Origin: an uncultured Candidatus Micrarchaeota archaeon
GTDB taxonomy: Archaea > Micrarchaeota > Micrarchaeia > Burarchaeales > Fermentimicrarchaeaceae
Assembly: GCA_963760615.1 (NCBI GenBank)
Contig: CAVXDX010000014.1
Location: 1 to 64,000 of the forward strand
Length of the DNA: 64,000 bases
Reading direction: 5' to 3'
The notes beneath the pieces are model-generated. The model had not been told where the DNA came from, did not search any database, and worked only from the letters and a program-made list of their open reading frames with translations. A program made the position numbers and the translations under genes. Below, piece after piece: positions 19,422 to 28,275 of the stretch (positions are counted from its first letter, which is position 1; every line of letters begins with the position of its first letter).

Positions 19422-20180
19422 CTAGCATGCTTCATCAACAACTTTATAGCTGGTCTCTAGACTGTATTTTGTCACATTCCTGCTTTTTGTCACAATCTTG
19501 ACAGCGCCCTCTGCCAATGTCGGGTATTTCACAACCTCGTGGCACTGCTGTTTAAACTTTTGTACGTCACTGCAGACCTTTTTTGTGGGCAGAGAGGCTA
19601 CATTGCAGTAGCATATGACTGGCGTATCCGGTGCTTCAGTCTGAATGTGATACTCAAAAGTCTTTGATGAGCCTGGATAGATGTATGCTGTGCTGCTCTG
19701 AGCAGTCTGGGAAAAGCTGGCCCATGACCCACTTGCAACCCCTTGATTGAAATCAGTTCCAAAGCCCGTGTATACTGTGAAGTAACCGCCAACAGAATCC
19801 AGGTTGTGGACAGTGCATTCAACATTGGACCAGTTCTGCAGCCAGCCCGTCCTGTAGCATCTTTTTTCAGTTACTGAGTAGGCAATACCCTCCTGGCTGC
19901 ACTCGTTCTCTGTGTACGGGACTGAGATGCATTCCTTTTCGGTATAAGGAACCTGAGCCACATCTGGTCCTTCTCCAGAAGCATATGCGTCATAGGGCGC
20001 TTTTTCGGTGTAGTACACGACGGTCTGATGGGGGACGTTTTCCGTGTATGACTTGTTGACCTCGCACATAGCAAGGCCTAGGCCTTTTACAGGAAAGTAC
20101 CTAGTGCCTAGGGAGCCGAAACAGGCTAGAGTAAGGAAGAGCAGAAGAATAAAAATTACCGCCAGCAATTTGTTTTCCGT
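19422..20180 (-). CDS. Cys-rich secreted/membrane-anchored hypothetical protein; probable ACG start at 20180
   Basis: N-terminal hydrophobic helix, VPYTE repeats, many Cys; GGTGA SD 4 nt before in-frame ACG (TTG at 20168 is the track start). Confidence 0.65.
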   Translation of the reverse strand, partial: TENKLLAVIFILLLFLTLACFGSLGTRYFPVKGLGLAMCEVNKSYTENVPHQTVVYYTEKAPYDAYASGEGPDVAQVPYTEKECISVPYTENECSQEGIAYSVTEKRCYRTGWLQNWSNVECTVHNLDSVGGYFTVYTGFGTDFNQGVASGSWASFSQTAQSSTAYIYPGSSKTFEYHIQTEAPDTPVICYCNVASLPTKKVCSDVQKFKQQCHEVVKYPTLAEGAVKIVTKSRNVTKYSLETSYKVVDEAC

Positions 20181-20295
20181 AAGTTCACCGCTATAATTAT
20201 GCCGTTTTCTATATTTAAAAATAGCGGTTTGGGAAGATTAATCAAACATTAAAGGATAAGATTATTAAATTTGAGAACGTTGTTTTAGTGATCGA

Positions 20296-21099
20296 ATGAG
20301 AATTGCATTAGTAGGCTGCGGATCCATCGGCAGGGTCATTGCTAGAAACATAGCTGAAAGAAGGGTAAATGCCGAACTCAGCTTCGTTTATGACATAGAG
20401 AGGAAAAACGCTCTGGAATTTGCCGAAAGGTTCCATGCAGAATACAAGGAGTTTGATGAAATCCTGAAACAGAATGTAGACTTGGTGCTGGAAGCAGCCT
20501 CGCAGGAGGCAGTCAGGAAGTTGATACCGAGAGCTTTGAAGGCAGGGAAGAATGTGATGATAATGAGCACCGGTGCATTGGTGGATGAAAATCTATTGCA
20601 GGAGATTAAGGAGCTTGCAGAAAAAAACAACCTGAAAGTTTATCTCCCGTCTGGAGCCATAGCTGGCCTGGATGGCATAAAATCCGCAAGGGATGAGATA
20701 GAGAGGGTGGTGATAAAGACGACAAAGCCCCCTGCATCATTGGAAGGCGCTCCTTTCTTCGAAAAACACCCGATGAACCTTAAAGAAATCAAAAAACCAA
20801 CACTCATATACGAGGGCCCTGCAGAGGAAGCTGTCAAGCTGTTCCCTTCCAATATCAACGTTGCAGCATCTTTAAGCTTGGCGGGTATAGGCCCCAAGAG
20901 AACAAAAGTACAGATAGTTGCTGACCCAAATATAAGGTCAAATATTCATGAGATAACGGCAGAGGGCAGATTCGGTGTTCTGAAAACAAGAACTGAGAAC
21001 GTTCCGAGCCCGGACAACCCAAAGACGAGTTATTTGGCTGCCATGTCTGCGGTTGCCACGTTGAAAAAGATTAGCGAGCCGCTTCAGGTGGGAACATGA
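20296..21099 (+). CDS. nadX: L-aspartate dehydrogenase
   Basis: GCGSIG, EAASQEAV, SGAIAGLD, TKPP, FPSNINVAA, NPKTS motifs; adjacent to nadA. Confidence 0.95.
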   Translation: MRIALVGCGSIGRVIARNIAERRVNAELSFVYDIERKNALEFAERFHAEYKEFDEILKQNVDLVLEAASQEAVRKLIPRALKAGKNVMIMSTGALVDENLLQEIKELAEKNNLKVYLPSGAIAGLDGIKSARDEIERVVIKTTKPPASLEGAPFFEKHPMNLKEIKKPTLIYEGPAEEAVKLFPSNINVAASLSLAGIGPKRTKVQIVADPNIRSNIHEITAEGRFGVLKTRTENVPSPDNPKTSYLAAMSAVATLKKISEPLQVGT

Positions 21100-22010
21100 G
21101 CGAGATGACATTAATCAACAAAATCAACAGGCTGAAGAAAGAGAAGAATGCGGTTATGCTAGTCCACAACTACCAGAGACCTGAGATATACAAGGTTGCG
21201 GACTACATCGGAGACTCGCTGGAACTGAGCAGGGAGGCTGCCAAGACTGATGCCGACATCATTGTGTTCTGCGGGGTGGATTTCATGGCTGAGTCGGCAA
21301 AGATACTCAACCCTGAGAAGAAGGTGTTGATTCCTGTAAGAGATGCGCAATGCCCCATGGCAGGGATGGTTACAAAGGAGGAGCTGCTGGATTTGAAGAG
21401 AGAGCATCCTCATGCTGCTGTCGTCTCCTATGTCAATACGTCTGCTGAGACAAAGGCTGAGTCTGACATCTGCTGCACATCTTCCAACTGCGTTGAGATT
21501 GTTAACTCACTGACGGAAAATGAGGTAATTTTCATCCCCGATGAGAACCTTGCGAAGTATGTGCAGACTAAGAGCGAAAAGAGGATAATTCCTTGGAAGG
21601 GGTTCTGCTATGTGCATTCAAAAATAACTGCAAGCCAGGTGAGGGAGGCGAAGGGCCTGCATGCTGAAGCAAAGGTGCTGGTCCACCCTGAATGCCCTCT
21701 TGATGTGATTGCACTGGCAGATAGGGTGTGCAGCACGAGCCAGATGCTCTACTATGCAAAGGAGAGTGATGCAGAGGAGTTCATCATCATCACAGAGCAC
21801 GGGATGGTTGAGAGATTGAAATTGGAGATGCCTGAAAAGAAGTTCTATGCAATCGTCGCAACGTGCATACAGCAGAAGAAGAATAATCTGCCTGCGGTTT
21901 TGAGGTCTATCCAGGAGGAGATTTACCCAGTCAGCATAGATGAAGAAGTAATTAGAAAGGCTAGGAGAGCTTTGGACAGGATGCTGGAAGTCTCTAGGAA
22001 GTCTGGTTAA
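21096..22010 (+). CDS. nadA: Quinolinate synthase
   Basis: HNYQ, GDSL, FCGVDFMAE, CPMA, YVNTSA, CTSSN, PDENL, C.VH, HPEC, STS motifs. Confidence 0.96.
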   Translation: MSEMTLINKINRLKKEKNAVMLVHNYQRPEIYKVADYIGDSLELSREAAKTDADIIVFCGVDFMAESAKILNPEKKVLIPVRDAQCPMAGMVTKEELLDLKREHPHAAVVSYVNTSAETKAESDICCTSSNCVEIVNSLTENEVIFIPDENLAKYVQTKSEKRIIPWKGFCYVHSKITASQVREAKGLHAEAKVLVHPECPLDVIALADRVCSTSQMLYYAKESDAEEFIIITEHGMVERLKLEMPEKKFYAIVATCIQQKKNNLPAVLRSIQEEIYPVSIDEEVIRKARRALDRMLEVSRKSG

Positions 22011-22244
22011 TTTTCATGCGATTTATACCGCATTGAGAACCCCTAGTATTTCCTCAACTATAGCTCAAAGCAAGCTTGGCACATATTGGTTTATATACTC
22101 CTGATTCCATATTATGATTAGTTCTCCTATTTCTATGAGAAAGTAATAGGCACGATGGAGCGTGGCAGTAATGTCATTCTGTTTGGCATATTACCATTAA
22201 ACAAGAATAGGAACTATGCAAAATAATTGTTAGTGGTGATTTAA

Positions 22245-22343
22245 GTGACTTCGATAAGAAGAGAATGCGTGTACAGGGAGTACCATGCGTATATGGAAAG
22301 GTACAGCAGGAAGAAACAACTCAGGATTTATGACGATGAGTAG
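22245..22343 (+). CDS. Possible micro-ORF (32 aa)
   Basis: GGTGA SD 5 nt before GTG; (M)TSIRRECVYREYHAYMERYSRKKQLRIYDDE. Confidence 0.3.
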   Translation: MTSIRRECVYREYHAYMERYSRKKQLRIYDDE

Positions 22344-22366
22344 TCTAGAATTTGGCAGGTGATGTA

Positions 22367-22477
22367 TTGTTGAAAACAAGGATACGCAGGAGAAGAACAA
22401 CGTGCAGGACACAGGCAAGAAGGAGAAAGGCTCAGGAGAGGCACGGAGGCAAAGTACATTACAGGCAGCATGGGTAA
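22367..22477 (+). CDS. Possible Arg-rich micro-ORF (36 aa)
   Basis: AGGTGA SD 4 nt before TTG; 11 Arg + 3 Lys in 36 aa; an overlapping alternative frame cannot be excluded. Confidence 0.3.
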   Translation: MLKTRIRRRRTTCRTQARRRKAQERHGGKVHYRQHG

Positions 22478-22996
22478 TCAGATCCTCAAGCCAAACCAAG
22501 TTAAGATATCTTTGCAGAATTAAAAAAAGAAAAGAAGGGATTAAAAGAGCGCAAATGTTGAAAGTTCTCTTCCTGCGTTACAAAACATCCTTCCCTTGTT
22601 CACTATGCACTTCAGATAATACCCTTTACTTTCCAAATTTTCAACCAAACTGTCGATGTGTTCCATTTCGGTGATTCCCATGTTCACTAGTAGTTTCACT
22701 GTTTCCACCCGCCTTGATCTTTACTCTGACTGATCCTGCTCTTCCTCAGCAACCTCGTCTCGATTCGAATTTTTGTCCATATTCAATATCTGTTTCATCT
22801 GACGAGGAGAATAGAATAGTCCCATTGCTCCCACCTACCATAACTAGATTTCAAGAAAGAGAAAAGAAGTTACGTAGTTATATTGCGGTTCGCAGTATAT
22901 AAGGGTATGCACTGCGACGTCGAAAAAAAGGCAAGTCATTCTCAAGCCAAAGCAAGCTTAATATACTAAAGCAACCACCTACTATTAGGTGGATTT

Positions 22997-23110
22997 ATGG
23001 GCAAACATCACAAAAAAGCAAACCCCAAGAAAGCACAGAAAAGATGGTCGAGATTGGGATTGAGTTCTTCTTTTCGTTTTGGTGATGAGAAAAAGCAAAA
23101 GCAATCTTAA
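22997..23110 (+). CDS. Lys-rich micro-ORF (37 aa)
   Basis: TTAATATA (22958-22965), CCACCTA-ctat-TAGGTGG hairpin containing the SD, ATG; MGKHHKKANPKKAQKRWSRLGLSSSFRFGDEKKQKQS. Confidence 0.5.
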   Translation: MGKHHKKANPKKAQKRWSRLGLSSSFRFGDEKKQKQS

Positions 23111-23114
23111 TAGA

Positions 23115-23202
23115 TGGACCGGGCGGGATTCGAACCCGCAGCCTTTGCCTTTTCCGCAAGGGATGACGCGAAGGCAACGATCTACCATTGATCTACCGGC
23201 CC
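23115..23202 (-). tRNA. tRNA-Ala(CGC) with 16-nt intron at canonical position 37/38
   Basis: GGGCCGG/CCGGTCC acceptor with G3:U70, GATC D-stem, TTGCC/GGCAA anticodon stem, GGTTCGAATCCC T-arm. Confidence 0.95.
23151..23166 (-). other. tRNA intron forming a bulge-helix-bulge motif
   Basis: Intron TCATCCCTTGCGGAAA; CGGA pairs with U32-G35, with 3-nt bulges on both sides. Confidence 0.88.
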
Positions 23203-23332
23203 AAGAGGAACTCGCGGTTCCCTCTACCCTCCCTGCGAGAGCGTATAATTATAGCAGTCCATTAATTAATTACTGCGGATTCGTATCGAATATTTATAAA
23301 TAGCCCCATCCCATAATACTTCGGGTGAGAAG

Positions 23333-24172
23333 ATGGGGTGGAGAGAGATAATTTTTGAGATAATGCGCGAGGATATAGGGTTCAGGGATATCACTACAGC
23401 CGCATTGCTCCCAAAAAACATGGAGCTGAGGGCTGAGATAGTCGCAGGCCAGGAGGGGATATGCGCAGGGGTGGAGGAGGCTGCACATGTGCTCAAGAGC
23501 AATACTCTCACTGTGAAGGAGATGATGAAGGAGGGCACTGCCATGAAAGAGGGTAATGTGCTGCTCGAGGTGAGCGGGAGCAGCAGGAGGCTGTTCGAGT
23601 CTGAGAGAACTGCTTTGAACATCATACAGAGGATGAGCGGCATAGCCACAATGACAAACAATGCAGCCAGAATTGCGACAAAAATAAACCCGAAGGTGAA
23701 GATAACATGCACCAGAAAGACTGTGCTGGGGTATCTTGACAAGAAGTCAGTGGAAATTGGCGGAGGAGACCCTGAGAGGTGGAGGCTTGATGATGAGATT
23801 CTCATAAAGAGGAACCACCTCAGGGTTGTAGGCAGCGTTGAGGAGTGCCTTTCAAGAGCAAAGGAGCATGCGAGTTTCACTAAGAAGATATGTATAGAGG
23901 TGAATAATGCCGCTGATGCGCTGGAGGCTGCAAAGGATGGCGCTGACATTGTGATGTTCGACAATATGCCTCATGACGAGATTGTGAAGGCTTTCAAGAT
24001 GCTGAAGGATAAGGGGCTGAGGGAGAAAATTCTTGTGGAAGTTTCCGGGGGGATAACACTGGATAACCTACAGGAGTATGCAAAATACGATGTGAATTAT
24101 ATCTCCATGGGATGCCTCACGCATTCTGTAAAGGCAATAGATGTGAGCCTGAGGCTGCTTCTGAGCGAGTGA
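23333..24172 (+). CDS. nadC: Nicotinate-nucleotide pyrophosphorylase (carboxylating)
   Basis: EDIGFRDIT, ERTALN, SGIAT, TRKT, GG...R..L.D..LIK.NH, EV, DIVMFDN, SGGI, ISMG.LTH motifs. Confidence 0.95.
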   Translation: MGWREIIFEIMREDIGFRDITTAALLPKNMELRAEIVAGQEGICAGVEEAAHVLKSNTLTVKEMMKEGTAMKEGNVLLEVSGSSRRLFESERTALNIIQRMSGIATMTNNAARIATKINPKVKITCTRKTVLGYLDKKSVEIGGGDPERWRLDDEILIKRNHLRVVGSVEECLSRAKEHASFTKKICIEVNNAADALEAAKDGADIVMFDNMPHDEIVKAFKMLKDKGLREKILVEVSGGITLDNLQEYAKYDVNYISMGCLTHSVKAIDVSLRLLLSE

Positions 24173-24188
24173 TTTTAGGGTGCATCGA

Positions 24189-24693
24189 ATGAGGAGAGCA
24201 CAAGCAGCTGTTGAATATCTCACAACCTACGGCTGGGCTCTGTTGATTATGGCAATGTTCTTGGAGTCTGTTTTATCTTGTGCTTACGCAGCCCCCTCCT
24301 GCACTATGCACCTTCCAAAGCCAGGAGTTCTCATGCTATGCATACAAGCTGACTTCGAATACCAAGGGTGAGGGAGGCGTAATACTTCTTCTGCAATCTG
24401 CAAAACACGATGTAAAGGTGATTGGTTTTAACTGCACGACTAGCGAAGAGCTTGTATTGACTGACTTCCAGAAGCCGGACTCCAATGTCACCATAGCGGC
24501 AGGCGAGTACAAACCACTTAATGGGAATTTGACAGACCCGCTTCCACTCCCGTGCTGGAATGCGGATGGGACAAAAATTTCTGCCCAGGACGCCGGCCAG
24601 TACTACCGTGGAAGGATGTACATGCGTTATATAGATTTGGAAACGAACACTGAACACAATATCGTCGGTTATGTATCAAGTAGGATTGATTAG
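24189..24693 (+). pseudogene. Frameshifted archaeal pilin-like gene (class III signal peptide)
   Basis: MRRAQAAVEYLTTYGWALLIMA in one frame continues as FYLVLTQPPPALCTF... in another; frame break at about 24255-24270. Confidence 0.75.
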
Positions 24694-24902
24694 CTCTTCC
24701 TGCAAAGAAAGTAGCAGAGCTTCAGGAAGAACTCAGGAAAATGAGTCTGGCCTGAGTGCTTTTTCTGTTTCACTTGGAATTGAAGAGAGTAAACTGGGTT
24801 AATTTATATATACTACCTACTTTATAGTAGCAGTATTGTGAATGGATACAGCAAAAGAGTCTCGTAAACTCTCAAGCGTTGAAGAGTGGAGAGGTAGTGG
24901 GT

Positions 24903-26063
24903 ATGGATGCAATATCTGAAAGAGAGCGTCTGGGGGGCAGCGGTTTTTATTTTGACAGGAGTTGCGCGGCAATTGTGATTGTTGTCCTGCTTGTATTATT
25001 CACATCTAGCTACAACCTGCTGTTCAGTCCACCTGCGCAACAAAATGCGGAAAACACTGGCCTGCTTGGCGCAATTAATGCATCAAATGTGCTCATCTAT
25101 GTCGTAGTTTTCATTGCCGGTGCGGTTTTGTTCGTGAGGATGAACCGAATCAGCTTGACGGAAAGGATAAAGATGAACAACTCCACGCTGCTTTCCATCC
25201 TCGCGTCATTCTTCATATTCGCTGCTATATACTACTTCGTTGCAGGCTTCCATGACACGATTATATCACCGCAGTATTCGGCGGCAAAAGATTTCAGGCA
25301 GACGTACGGATGGATCCTTCAGTTCGTTGTCTATTTGTTTATTGCAGCCGTTCTCATCCGATTCAGCAGAGCTTTAAAGGAGAGGCCTGATGTCAATCAT
25401 TTTGCAAGGACATATCCGCACGGAGTGCTTCTCGCCATATTCATTATTATCATCCTCTTCATTGCAGCTGCAATTGTCAGTATGGGCGAAAAAAGAGATA
25501 TCACCTGGGAGATTAGAAACTTGGAAAACATTTTTGGAGTGCTCATTTTTGGCGGGCTGGCATATTTCTTTGTGTGGACTGTGGAGACAATTGTCAGGAA
25601 ACAGGGGCTGACAAGCGAAGCCGCAGCCCCCGCGGTGATAGCCCTTGGAGTCTGCTGCATCTTAATCTCGGTCATATCCTACACTGCCACTGCCGTGGAG
25701 TATTTTAGGGGTGCGTTTGGGTTTAATGATTTGGTGATTGGCATACTCGGGCCTGCTTTCTTCGGGATTGTTGGAATATTGCTTCTGATAATCGCCACCG
25801 TCGTGTTCAAGTCAGGAGTGATGGGGGAGGATGCCATCTACACGAGCATCTTCGTGCTCGGGACTGTTTATATAATGCTTGCTGTCATCCAGCTTTTCAT
25901 CGGCTTTGATGACTTTGTGACAAGCGCGCAGCCGAATGCCAGGTGGGTTCTGGCAGTTTTGCTCTTTCTGATACCTGGAATCATAGCAAATGCCCTAGCG
26001 CCTGTTTTGAGAGAGAGGGGCACGGAGTACTTTGAAAGGTTCACAAGGATGAAGAGCGCATAG
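24903..26063 (+). CDS. Multi-pass membrane protein
   Basis: About 11 hydrophobic segments; SD-like GAGGTAGTGG before ATG 24903. Confidence 0.75.
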   Translation: MDAISERERLGGSGFYFDRSCAAIVIVVLLVLFTSSYNLLFSPPAQQNAENTGLLGAINASNVLIYVVVFIAGAVLFVRMNRISLTERIKMNNSTLLSILASFFIFAAIYYFVAGFHDTIISPQYSAAKDFRQTYGWILQFVVYLFIAAVLIRFSRALKERPDVNHFARTYPHGVLLAIFIIIILFIAAAIVSMGEKRDITWEIRNLENIFGVLIFGGLAYFFVWTVETIVRKQGLTSEAAAPAVIALGVCCILISVISYTATAVEYFRGAFGFNDLVIGILGPAFFGIVGILLLIIATVVFKSGVMGEDAIYTSIFVLGTVYIMLAVIQLFIGFDDFVTSAQPNARWVLAVLLFLIPGIIANALAPVLRERGTEYFERFTRMKSA

Positions 26064-26078
26064 GAAGCCACTCATTGG

Positions 26079-26165
26079 TTCACTGGCAAGTTACCCCCCT
26101 TCCGCCTATTTAAATACCCCAAGAAGCCACCTCTTTAGCAGTAAAGAGGTGATTGAGATGAAAAT
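26079..26165. repeat. 87-bp dispersed repeat, copy 2
   Basis: Identical to 2812-2898, same orientation. Confidence 0.97.
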
Positions 26166-26283
26166 TGACATCGCGAAACTGACATTGAATGAAGTAGAGG
26201 CTCTCGCCGAGAGGCTCAAGATAGGTAATGTTTCCACCGTGATACAGAGGAGAGGGGATAGACTGGTGCTTGATGTTAGCTAG
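26158..26283 (+). CDS. Microprotein (41 aa), paralog of 2891-3064; not in the ORF track
   Basis: MKIDIAKLTLNEVEALAERLKIGNVSTVIQRRGDRLVLDVS; same promoter/SD module as copy 1. Confidence 0.8.
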   Translation: MKIDIAKLTLNEVEALAERLKIGNVSTVIQRRGDRLVLDVS

Positions 26284-26386
26284 GCATGGTGGAAAGGAGG
26301 AATGGCTGGACCTTGGGCTGATTGCCCTTATGGGAGCTGCCGGCTAAGGAAACTCGCTGGCATCTCCCAACCCTTTTTCAAAAAAT

Positions 26387-26677
26387 CTAACCGAATAGAG
26401 CCGAGAGTCCTGCCGCAGCTTCCTCCGCTGTTGGTTTCTTCTCCTCTTTCTTCTCTTCTGCCTTTGCTGCTGGTGCTGCCTGAGCCGGAGCTGCAACTGG
26501 CATTGCTGCCTGTTTTATTGCCTCGTCTATGTTCACTCCCTGCAGGGATGAAACAAGCGCCTTCACCTTTGCCTGGTCAACCTGCATGCCAGATGCGCCA
26601 ATTATCTTGGCAACATTCTCTTCATTCACTGGCTGCTTTGCCGCATGCAGCAACAGGGCCGCATACACATATTCCAT
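26387..26677 (-). CDS. rpl12: 50S ribosomal protein L12 (P1/P2)
   Basis: [12 protein letters not shown]-terminus, Ala-rich hinge, [13 protein letters not shown]-terminus. Confidence 0.98.
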   Translation of the reverse strand: MEYVYAALLLHAAKQPVNEENVAKIIGASGMQVDQAKVKALVSSLQGVNIDEAIKQAAMPVAAPAQAAPAAKAEEKKEEKKPTAEEAAAGLSALFG

Positions 26678-26692
26678 AATATTACCTCCTGG

Positions 26693-27532
26693 TTAAGAAC
26701 CAACTTTTGATTTCAATGCATTTGCATGAGCATTTGCCTTTGCGAGTATTGCGTCGATTACGTCTTTCTCATAGATGTTCGCGTTGAGCGCAAGGCTCCT
26801 GGAATTGAGGTAAGCCTTCTGCAGCATGAGCTGTATGTTCTGCTTCGTCGGGTAGGAAGCTGTGAGAGAGAGGTTGAGAGCCTCGGATGCTCCCCTTCTC
26901 ATGTCAGCCAGGAGCTTCTCCTCATCAACGTCAAGTACGTCCTTCCTGTATACAAGCTTGTCCTCAACTGCTGCATGAATGTTGAGCATAACGTCAAATG
27001 GCTCAATCCCCAGTTTCTGCAGGGCTTTTGAGGCGGCATCAGATATCTTCTGCCCCGCCTTGGCAACTACGGAGTCGGTTGCAATGACAACCTTCCCTCC
27101 CTTAATCTGGGCATTCACCCCTCCTTGCTTGAGCTCTGAGAGGACAGGTCCAGGCGGAAGCGAGGTCTCGCCTGCCGGTATGACTATGTCGTATGGCGCA
27201 ACCTGGCCCGGCTTTGCAGCAGCCTTCCCCTTGCCCTGCTTCACAAGTCTGTAGAGCTCGAATGGATTCATGTCCGTGAGTATGAGGGCTGTTGGACCGG
27301 TCATTGCGCCGGTCAATTCGGCGCCCTTGCCAGCCTTCTCCAATGCTCTGGAGATGAGGGCGTTCTTAGCAACAATCATCTCGGCTTTTCCCCTCAGCTT
27401 CTTCCTTATTGCCTGCAGGTGCTTGTCCGGGTAGTTGCGTATGTCTGCAACTGCAATAACCTTGAACCTCTTTATTCTCTCCGCTAGCTTTGAGACGAAC
27501 TCCTGCTTCTGCTTCAGGCTCTCCTCACTCAT
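26693..27532 (-). CDS. rpl10: 50S ribosomal protein L10 (P0)
   Basis: KNALI, TDMNPF.L, AKPG.VAP.DI.IPAG.T.LPPGP, LGIEP motifs. Confidence 0.97.
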   Translation of the reverse strand: MSEESLKQKQEFVSKLAERIKRFKVIAVADIRNYPDKHLQAIRKKLRGKAEMIVAKNALISRALEKAGKGAELTGAMTGPTALILTDMNPFELYRLVKQGKGKAAAKPGQVAPYDIVIPAGETSLPPGPVLSELKQGGVNAQIKGGKVVIATDSVVAKAGQKISDAASKALQKLGIEPFDVMLNIHAAVEDKLVYRKDVLDVDEEKLLADMRRGASEALNLSLTASYPTKQNIQLMLQKAYLNSRSLALNANIYEKDVIDAILAKANAHANALKSKVGS

Positions 27533-27534
27533 CT

Positions 27535-28167
27535 CTATTCACCAATCTTCTGGGATTTTCCCATTGTAAGCTTCACAAAAGTGGATTTTATCCTCTGCTC
27601 TCCCGTCTTTGCCTTGATTGCATCAAGCACCGCCTCAATATTATCTGCAATGTCTTCAGGAGTCATGTTCTCCGTCCCGACAAGGCAGTGCGCAACCGGC
27701 AGGTATTTGCCCTTGCTCTTTATCCTCACGACCTTTTTCGCCCTCTCCACCGCCTCCTCAAGCTTCACGCCCATGAGTGGCTTGGGCAGCTTCCCCTTTG
27801 TTCCAAGCACCTGACCGAGGTTTTTTGCCACTACTGCCATGAGGTTTGGCTGCGCAAGGAACTCGTGGTTGAGAATGCCCTTGAGCTTTGCCTTGTCTGC
27901 TGCAAGCTTAGGCAGCTCCTCTGGAGTGATGACGGCAACTCCGAGCTTCTTGGCTTCAAGGGCGAGCTGTCCATCAGCAAAAACACCAATTTTCTGCTCC
28001 CTCCCCTTGCCCTTTGGCAACGCCACTTCAAGGTTCAGCCTGTTCTCCTGCTTGTTGAAGTCAATATCCCTGAAGTTGACTGCAAGCTCTACGCTCTGCG
28101 TGAACTTCTTCTTGCCCTTGTCTTCTAGAGCCTTTTTCAATGCGTCCAGTATCTTTTGCCTGTCCAT
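27535..28167 (-). CDS. rpl1: 50S ribosomal protein L1
   Basis: KKKFTQSVELAVNF, LP.G.G, LGQVLG..GKLPKP, VG.E.M, VKLTMGK motifs. Confidence 0.97.
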   Translation of the reverse strand: MDRQKILDALKKALEDKGKKKFTQSVELAVNFRDIDFNKQENRLNLEVALPKGKGREQKIGVFADGQLALEAKKLGVAVITPEELPKLAADKAKLKGILNHEFLAQPNLMAVVAKNLGQVLGTKGKLPKPLMGVKLEEAVERAKKVVRIKSKGKYLPVAHCLVGTENMTPEDIADNIEAVLDAIKAKTGEQRIKSTFVKLTMGKSQKIGE

Positions 28168-28275
28168 TTCACCCCTCCTGCTCAAAGCAGTAAAGCGGGA
28201 AAATGAGTGGGATAATTATGCCAGGTAAGGAATATAAATATATCTGTGGCTGGTTCTGTCAAGTAGATGACAATC

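Noticed and set aside
23151-23166. tRNA-Ala intron as unusual
   Set aside because: Canonical 37/38 position with a normal BHB motif; common in archaea.
2812-26165. 87-bp repeat as CRISPR repeat, IS ends or prophage att sites
   Set aside because: Only two copies 23 kb apart enclosing core housekeeping genes; no spacers, cas, transposase or integrase genes; each copy has promoter/SD anatomy.
26302-26679. 125-aa + strand ORF after the second microprotein
   Set aside because: Antisense to rpl12, with low-complexity composition dictated by the opposite strand.
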